From NCBI GenBank assembly GCA_902787375.1, contig CADAGD010000013.1, positions 3,375 to 67,374 on the forward strand: a stretch of DNA of 64,000 nt. Direction: 5' to 3'. Each line of letters begins with the position of its first letter. Position 1 is the stretch's first letter. Positions 59,416 through 64,000 of the stretch are shown piece by piece. The notes under the pieces are model-generated. The model was not told the DNA's origin. It made no database searches and saw only the letters and a list, made by a program, of their open reading frames with translations. A program made the translations under genes and the position numbers. This DNA comes from an uncultured Eubacteriales bacterium (GTDB taxonomy: Bacteria > Bacillota > Clostridia > Christensenellales > CAG-138).

Positions 59416-59751
59416 CTAACCCGGAGGCCACTGCATACTCCTGCCGCCAAGCAAATGCAGATGCAGATGCTTAACACTTTGACCGCCCTCATCACCTGTA
59501 TTGATAACAAGTCGGAAGCCCTTTTCGTTCAGGCCTTCCCTGACTGCCAACAGCTTCGCGGCATCCGCCATATGCCCGACAGTCTCCGCCGAAGCATCCA
59601 TGACGGAATCGCAATGTGCCTTGGGAACTATAAGAATGTGCGTGGGCGCCTGCGGGTCAATGTCCCTGAACGCGAACACATGCTCATCCTCATAAACCTT
59701 GCTCGAAGGTATTTCACCGGCAATTATCCGACAAAAGAGACAGTTCTCCAT
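59416..59751 (-). CDS. HIT-family nucleotide hydrolase/transferase
   Basis: MENCLFCRIIAGEIPS and histidine triad HLHLHLLGG. ATG 59751 has a GGAGG RBS. Confidence 0.9.
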   Translation of the reverse strand: MENCLFCRIIAGEIPSSKVYEDEHVFAFRDIDPQAPTHILIVPKAHCDSVMDASAETVGHMADAAKLLAVREGLNEKGFRLVINTGDEGGQSVKHLHLHLLGGRSMQWPPG

Positions 59752-61030
59752 TCTTATCCTCCATAATAGCTTTAATATTAACATCGACGAACTCGTTGGG
59801 AGCCCCGCTTGCTGTCAGCACTCTGACATAGCTGTCCGTAAAGCCCCCCCACAGACCGTCGGAATGTTCGGTTTCTATAAGCACCCTCTCGGTGCGTCCT
59901 ATAAATCTTTCAAGGAAGCTTCTCTCAAGCTCCTTTCCAACCGATATAAGCTCCTGCGCCCTTTCGGATTTTTCGGCGTTCGTAAGCTGTCCCGGCATTT
60001 TATCGGCAAGCGTCCCGCTTCTTCTTGAATACGGGAATACATGAACCCTCGCAAAGCCGATCCGTTTCATAAACTCTATAGTTTCATTATGCTCCTCAAC
60101 CGTTTCACCGGCAAACCCGGCTATTATATCGGTCGTTATCGCTGCTCTTTCAGCCGCTTCCCCGTATGAATGCCTTATTTTTTCGACCGTTTCGGCGTAT
60201 TCATCGGCGGTATATCCCCTTCTCATTCTCGAAAGCACCGTCGTACTTCCGCTTTGCAGCGATATATGATACTGCGGACACACCCTCTTATTCGCCGTTA
60301 TGCGGGCGATAAGTCCATCCGTCAAGCCGTGAGGCTCAAGCGAGCCCAAGCGTATCCGCTTTATGTTCTCAAGCCCCTCAGCCATGTCAATGGCGTCCGC
60401 GAGGTCAACGCCGCCTATATCCTTTCCGTAATCGGTCAGATGGATGCCCGTCAGCACCACCTCGGCAAACCCCGCGTCATTGAGCTTTTCAAGCTCCCGC
60501 CTTACCGAGTCCGGTTTTCTGCTTCTCACCGCGCCGCGTGCATAAGGGATTGCGCAATATGAGCAGAATCTGTTGCATCCATCCTGTATTTTAAGATAGG
60601 CTCTCGTTCTGCCCTCGGCTATTGCCGAAAGCTCCTCAAACCCCTTGGCATGCATCACATCGCCGACGAGCGTTTTCTTCTCGTCCGCCTGCATTATCTC
60701 GGCAGCGACCATGGCTATGCGGTTCTTTTCCGATGTGCCAAGCACCGCCGCAACGCCCGGAAGCTCCGACGCGCTGACAGGGTTCCTCTGCGACCAGCAG
60801 CCTGTGACGATTATCTTGGCAAGCGGGTTCAGCTTATGGCATTTTGAAATCATCTGCCTTGATTTTCGGTCGGCAATATTGGTAACGGTACAGGTATTGA
60901 CTATACAAATATCAGCCGGCATACTGTCAGGCACTACCTCAAAGCCGCTGCTCCTCAGCAAGCCTGCCATTGCGTCCGACTCATAGCTGTTCACTCTGCA
61001 TCCCAATGTTGTAATAGATACTCTTATCAT
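59714..61030 (-). CDS. mtaB: tRNA ms2t6A methylthiotransferase (MiaB-like, MtaB)
   Basis: Radical-SAM CNRFCSYCAIP and N-terminal UPF0004 cysteines (TLGCRVN). Sits in the prmA-rsmE-mtaB order, as in Bacillus. Confidence 0.85.
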   Translation of the reverse strand: MIRVSITTLGCRVNSYESDAMAGLLRSSGFEVVPDSMPADICIVNTCTVTNIADRKSRQMISKCHKLNPLAKIIVTGCWSQRNPVSASELPGVAAVLGTSEKNRIAMVAAEIMQADEKKTLVGDVMHAKGFEELSAIAEGRTRAYLKIQDGCNRFCSYCAIPYARGAVRSRKPDSVRRELEKLNDAGFAEVVLTGIHLTDYGKDIGGVDLADAIDMAEGLENIKRIRLGSLEPHGLTDGLIARITANKRVCPQYHISLQSGSTTVLSRMRRGYTADEYAETVEKIRHSYGEAAERAAITTDIIAGFAGETVEEHNETIEFMKRIGFARVHVFPYSRRSGTLADKMPGQLTNAEKSERAQELISVGKELERSFLERFIGRTERVLIETEHSDGLWGGFTDSYVRVLTASGAPNEFVDVNIKAIMEDKNGELSLLSDNCR

Positions 61031-61749
61031 TGCTCCAACTCATACATTATCTGTGCAAGACATGCCATTCCCGCCGTTTCAGTCCGCAGTATGCGCGGGC
61101 CAAGCGATACGGCAATTCCGCCCCTGTCAATTATCCGCTCGACCTCCGCAGGCTCGAATCCGCCTTCGGGGCCAATTATAACGGCAATGTTCTCCATGCC
61201 GGTTCTTGACCTCAGTACAGCTTTTAAACTCGTTTCGCCTTCATTCTCGTAAGGTATCAGCACGGTATCATACGATGAAAAATCCGCGGTTTCAAGCTTT
61301 AACGGCGCACTCACAGCGGGGACAAACGCCCTTCCGCATTGTTTTGCCGCCTCCTTTGACACCTTGTTCCACCTTATCAGTTTTCCGTCCTTGCCGTCGA
61401 TTTTAACGACACATCTTTTGGCAATCGTCGGAACTACGCCGTATACTCCAAGCTCGACGCATTTCTGGATAATAAGCTCCATCTTGCCTTGCTTGGGCAG
61501 GCATTGGAACAGCGTGACGTGAACCGACGGCTCCGACGCCGCTATCTGACGCTCCAATATATTCAGACTTACAGCACCGTCGGAGCATGAAACTATCTCA
61601 GCTTCGCACTCCGTTCCCTCTCCGTTTATCAGAAGAACCCTGTCCCCCGGCTTCATCCTCAGCACCGTTTCAATGTGTCTCGCCTCGTCGCCTGTTATGA
61701 TGACAGTATCCTCCCCCATATCCATGTTTTCAGCAAAGAAACGCCTCAT
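61027..61749 (-). CDS. rsmE: 16S rRNA (uracil1498-N3)-methyltransferase
   Basis: MRRFF N-terminus from ATG 61749 and the IGPEGGFEPAEV motif. ATGA overlap with the prmA stop. Confidence 0.9.
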   Translation of the reverse strand: MRRFFAENMDMGEDTVIITGDEARHIETVLRMKPGDRVLLINGEGTECEAEIVSCSDGAVSLNILERQIAASEPSVHVTLFQCLPKQGKMELIIQKCVELGVYGVVPTIAKRCVVKIDGKDGKLIRWNKVSKEAAKQCGRAFVPAVSAPLKLETADFSSYDTVLIPYENEGETSLKAVLRSRTGMENIAVIIGPEGGFEPAEVERIIDRGGIAVSLGPRILRTETAGMACLAQIMYELEQ

Positions 61750-62717
61750 TTGAGAGTCGCCTCCAAAGCCCGCCAATCGTCGCCCTCACGAACCTCATTC
61801 ACCTTGAGTCCGTTTTTCTCAAGAGCGGTTATCACCTCGTCGAGCCTGTCGTCGATTATGCCCGACGAGATGAACACCGAATCCTTATGCATGAGATTGG
61901 GTATCAAAGGCGCAAGCGCAATAATGACATTCGCCACTATATTTGCAAGGACTATATCGTATTTGCGTCTTGTTACGGCTTCACGAATATCCTTATCGGA
62001 GAGTATATCGCCCGTATAGACCGTGTATTTCATAAGGTCGATGCCGTTAGCCTCTGCGGTTTCGGCGGCTATTCTTGCGGCAACGGGGTCTATATCGAGA
62101 GCAACAGCCTCCGACGCGCCCATGAGCATTGCGGAAGCCGAGAGTATTCCGCTGCCGCAGCCTATATCGGCAACCGTTTCCCCGCCATGTATATGCCTTT
62201 CGAGCAGTTCAAGGCACATCCTCGTTGTGTGATGTGTGCCTGTTCCAAATGCCATGCCGGGGTCTATTCTGAGAACCGCCCTTGTATCGCTTTCCGGCAG
62301 CTCCTCCCACGCGGGACAAACCGTAAGCCTGTCCCCGACATTTATGGGCTTGAAGTATTTTTTCCAGTTGTTTGCCCAATCCTGCTCATCAACGCTGTTC
62401 ACGCTCATCTCAAGCGTACCGAGGTCTATACCAATCTCCTCGCGCATGGCGTCAAGCTCCGACAACGATTTACGCATTTGCTCCACTATACCGTCGTTCT
62501 CCGGAAGGTCGGCAACGTATGCCTTCACAGCGGGCTGATTATGCAATGCCGCGTCGTCAGCATAATCCCAGAATTTGACGGCGTCATTCATTATGCGTTC
62601 CACCTCATCCTGTCCCTGAACGACACTCACCTCATCTATTCCAAGCATTGAAAATCTTGCGGAAACTATATCCGCTCCCTCATCGGTGGTAGCAACCGTT
62701 ATCTCAAGCCATTTCAT
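61746..62717 (-). CDS. prmA: Ribosomal protein L11 methyltransferase
   Basis: MKWLEITV from ATG 62717 (GGAGG RBS) and SAM motif DIGCGSGILS. Confidence 0.93.
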   Translation of the reverse strand: MKWLEITVATTDEGADIVSARFSMLGIDEVSVVQGQDEVERIMNDAVKFWDYADDAALHNQPAVKAYVADLPENDGIVEQMRKSLSELDAMREEIGIDLGTLEMSVNSVDEQDWANNWKKYFKPINVGDRLTVCPAWEELPESDTRAVLRIDPGMAFGTGTHHTTRMCLELLERHIHGGETVADIGCGSGILSASAMLMGASEAVALDIDPVAARIAAETAEANGIDLMKYTVYTGDILSDKDIREAVTRRKYDIVLANIVANVIIALAPLIPNLMHKDSVFISSGIIDDRLDEVITALEKNGLKVNEVREGDDWRALEATLK

Positions 62718-62845
62718 GTCAAAGACCTCCATACAATCATATCACTATGATTATACCATGTTTTAATCAATTTGCATAGATGTATCATTTTTCAAATAAA
62801 AGAATAATAGAATCGAATGAGCCGAAAAAGAAAAGGAGCTATTGT

Positions 62846-64000
62846 ATGGAACTTATATGGAAAGAATTGGACGCCGAAAGGCTTGTTGAAAGGCAGACTG
62901 TTCAGGTCAGGGTGGAGGGTGATCTGCCGACAGCGGACGGGAGAACCCCCAAGAAGGTACTTAATCTCAACTCGCGTGTGATCATTGACAATGCGGCTGT
63001 AGACACCGACAAAGTGGACATAGAAGGACAAATAAGAATCCTGACGACAGCTCTTGATGAAGAAGACAGGGCATTTTCATTCGAGTCAAGCGCAGGCTTT
63101 ACTCACAGCGTCAGCGCAAGCGGCGTTATGCCCGGCATGACGGCATATGTTTCCCCATGTGTTCAATCCATCGACGCCGTGCCTTCGGGCTCCGGATTAA
63201 AGCTGAACGTGAGCATGGATATGGACGTGCGCATAACAAGCGCGATACCCATAAAGGTAACGGGAGGCGTTTCGGGCATCGACGATCTTGAGATGAAGAC
63301 CTCGCTCTGCGGACACAGCCGAAAGCTGAGAATAGGTCAGGATACGCTCAGAATGCGCGAGGAGCTTGCCGCGGACGCCGTGGCGGACGTCCTTTCGGCA
63401 GAAGGTCATGTGCTTGTAAGGGATGTTTCCGCCGAGCATGACGGCACAACGGTAAGCGGCGTTATAAGCATTTCCGCGATAACCGCAGACGGGAACGGGC
63501 ATCTCGGACAGCTTGTCAGGCAGGTTCCGTTCCGCGAACGCATAGGCGTATCCTCAACCGAGGACGACGTATGCTGTGAAGCCAAGCTCAACTCACTCTA
63601 TCTGAGAGCGCTCGGAGAGGATCTCGCCCTTGTATCCCTCGAAACAGAGGTGAGCTTTACATTATACGCCATAAAGACTTCCGAGCTGAGTATGCCGATT
63701 GACGCCTTCTCCCCGTCGATAGGCTTCGGATGCCTTTGCGATAAGGTCGATGTTCTGAACTCCCTCGGAATGCTGTCAGCTCAGACGTCCATCAAGGAGA
63801 CCGTGCCCCTGCCCGACGGCTCGGCGGATATTCGCACTCCGCTCTTCATCTCGGCACGTCCCATTATAACCGAAGCATATGCCTCAGGTGAAAGCATCAC
63901 GGTCAACGGAATACTTGCGACGACATTCACATACGAGAGTGATTCCGGTTTGATATACACATTCAGCGAGGATGTGCCTTTCACCAACGACATCGACGGA
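62846..64000 (+). CDS. DUF3794-repeat (SipL-like) sporulation-associated protein, N-terminal 385 codons; 3' end outside window
   Basis: ATG 62846 is preceded by AAAAGGAG. I read 385 codons to the window end without a stop. The N-terminus MELIWKELDAERLVERQTVQVRVEGDLP...VDTDKVDIEGQI follows the pattern I recall for DUF3794 proteins. It is absent from the ORF track because it has no stop. Confidence 0.6.
   Translation, partial: MELIWKELDAERLVERQTVQVRVEGDLPTADGRTPKKVLNLNSRVIIDNAAVDTDKVDIEGQIRILTTALDEEDRAFSFESSAGFTHSVSASGVMPGMTAYVSPCVQSIDAVPSGSGLKLNVSMDMDVRITSAIPIKVTGGVSGIDDLEMKTSLCGHSRKLRIGQDTLRMREELAADAVADVLSAEGHVLVRDVSAEHDGTTVSGVISISAITADGNGHLGQLVRQVPFRERIGVSSTEDDVCCEAKLNSLYLRALGEDLALVSLETEVSFTLYAIKTSELSMPIDAFSPSIGFGCLCDKVDVLNSLGMLSAQTSIKETVPLPDGSADIRTPLFISARPIITEAYASGESITVNGILATTFTYESDSGLIYTFSEDVPFTNDIDG

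Noticed and set aside
62792-63031. The listed 79-aa minus-strand ORF.
   Set aside because: It overlaps the 5' end of a much longer + strand ORF that has a good RBS and a recognisable protein pattern. It has no RBS of its own.

Overview
This 64-kb window is a chromosomal segment from a spore-forming Firmicute. It looks Clostridia-like, inferred from spoIIID, gpr, whiA, a SipL/DUF3794-like gene, tig-clpP-clpX, and comEC-holA-rpsT-gpr synteny. I call about 58 tightly packed protein-coding genes, many joined by ATGA or TAATG overlaps. Almost all are housekeeping genes:
- tRNA and rRNA modification: tsaB, tsaE, tgt, queA, trmD, rimM, mtaB, rsmE, prmA
- protein quality control: tig, clpP, clpX, rqcH
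- secretion: ffh, ftsY, yajC
- replication and chromosome biology: dnaE, holA, smc, recD2
- lipid and wall: plsX, acpP, murB
- glycolysis and folate: pfkA, folD

I saw no rRNA, tRNA, CRISPR array, reverse transcriptase or intact transposase. One long ORF (62846 to the window end, + strand) is missing from the supplied track because it has no stop codon inside the window.

Three parts look accessory:
- a lower-GC block with a membrane EEP hydrolase and a GntR-ABC operon (2.6-7.3 kb)
- an AT-rich esterase plus a truncated serine recombinase, sitting where spoIIP normally follows gpr (23.1-24.8 kb)
- a ClpC-like unfoldase with eroded D2 ATPase motifs, translationally coupled to an N-terminally extended glycerate-kinase homologue (55.5-59.4 kb)

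I did not find a convincing novel multi-gene system. The ClpC-like/kinase-like pair is the best lead, and it rests on inference. All coordinates, motifs and GC spot counts come from reading the sequence and translations; no database search was run.
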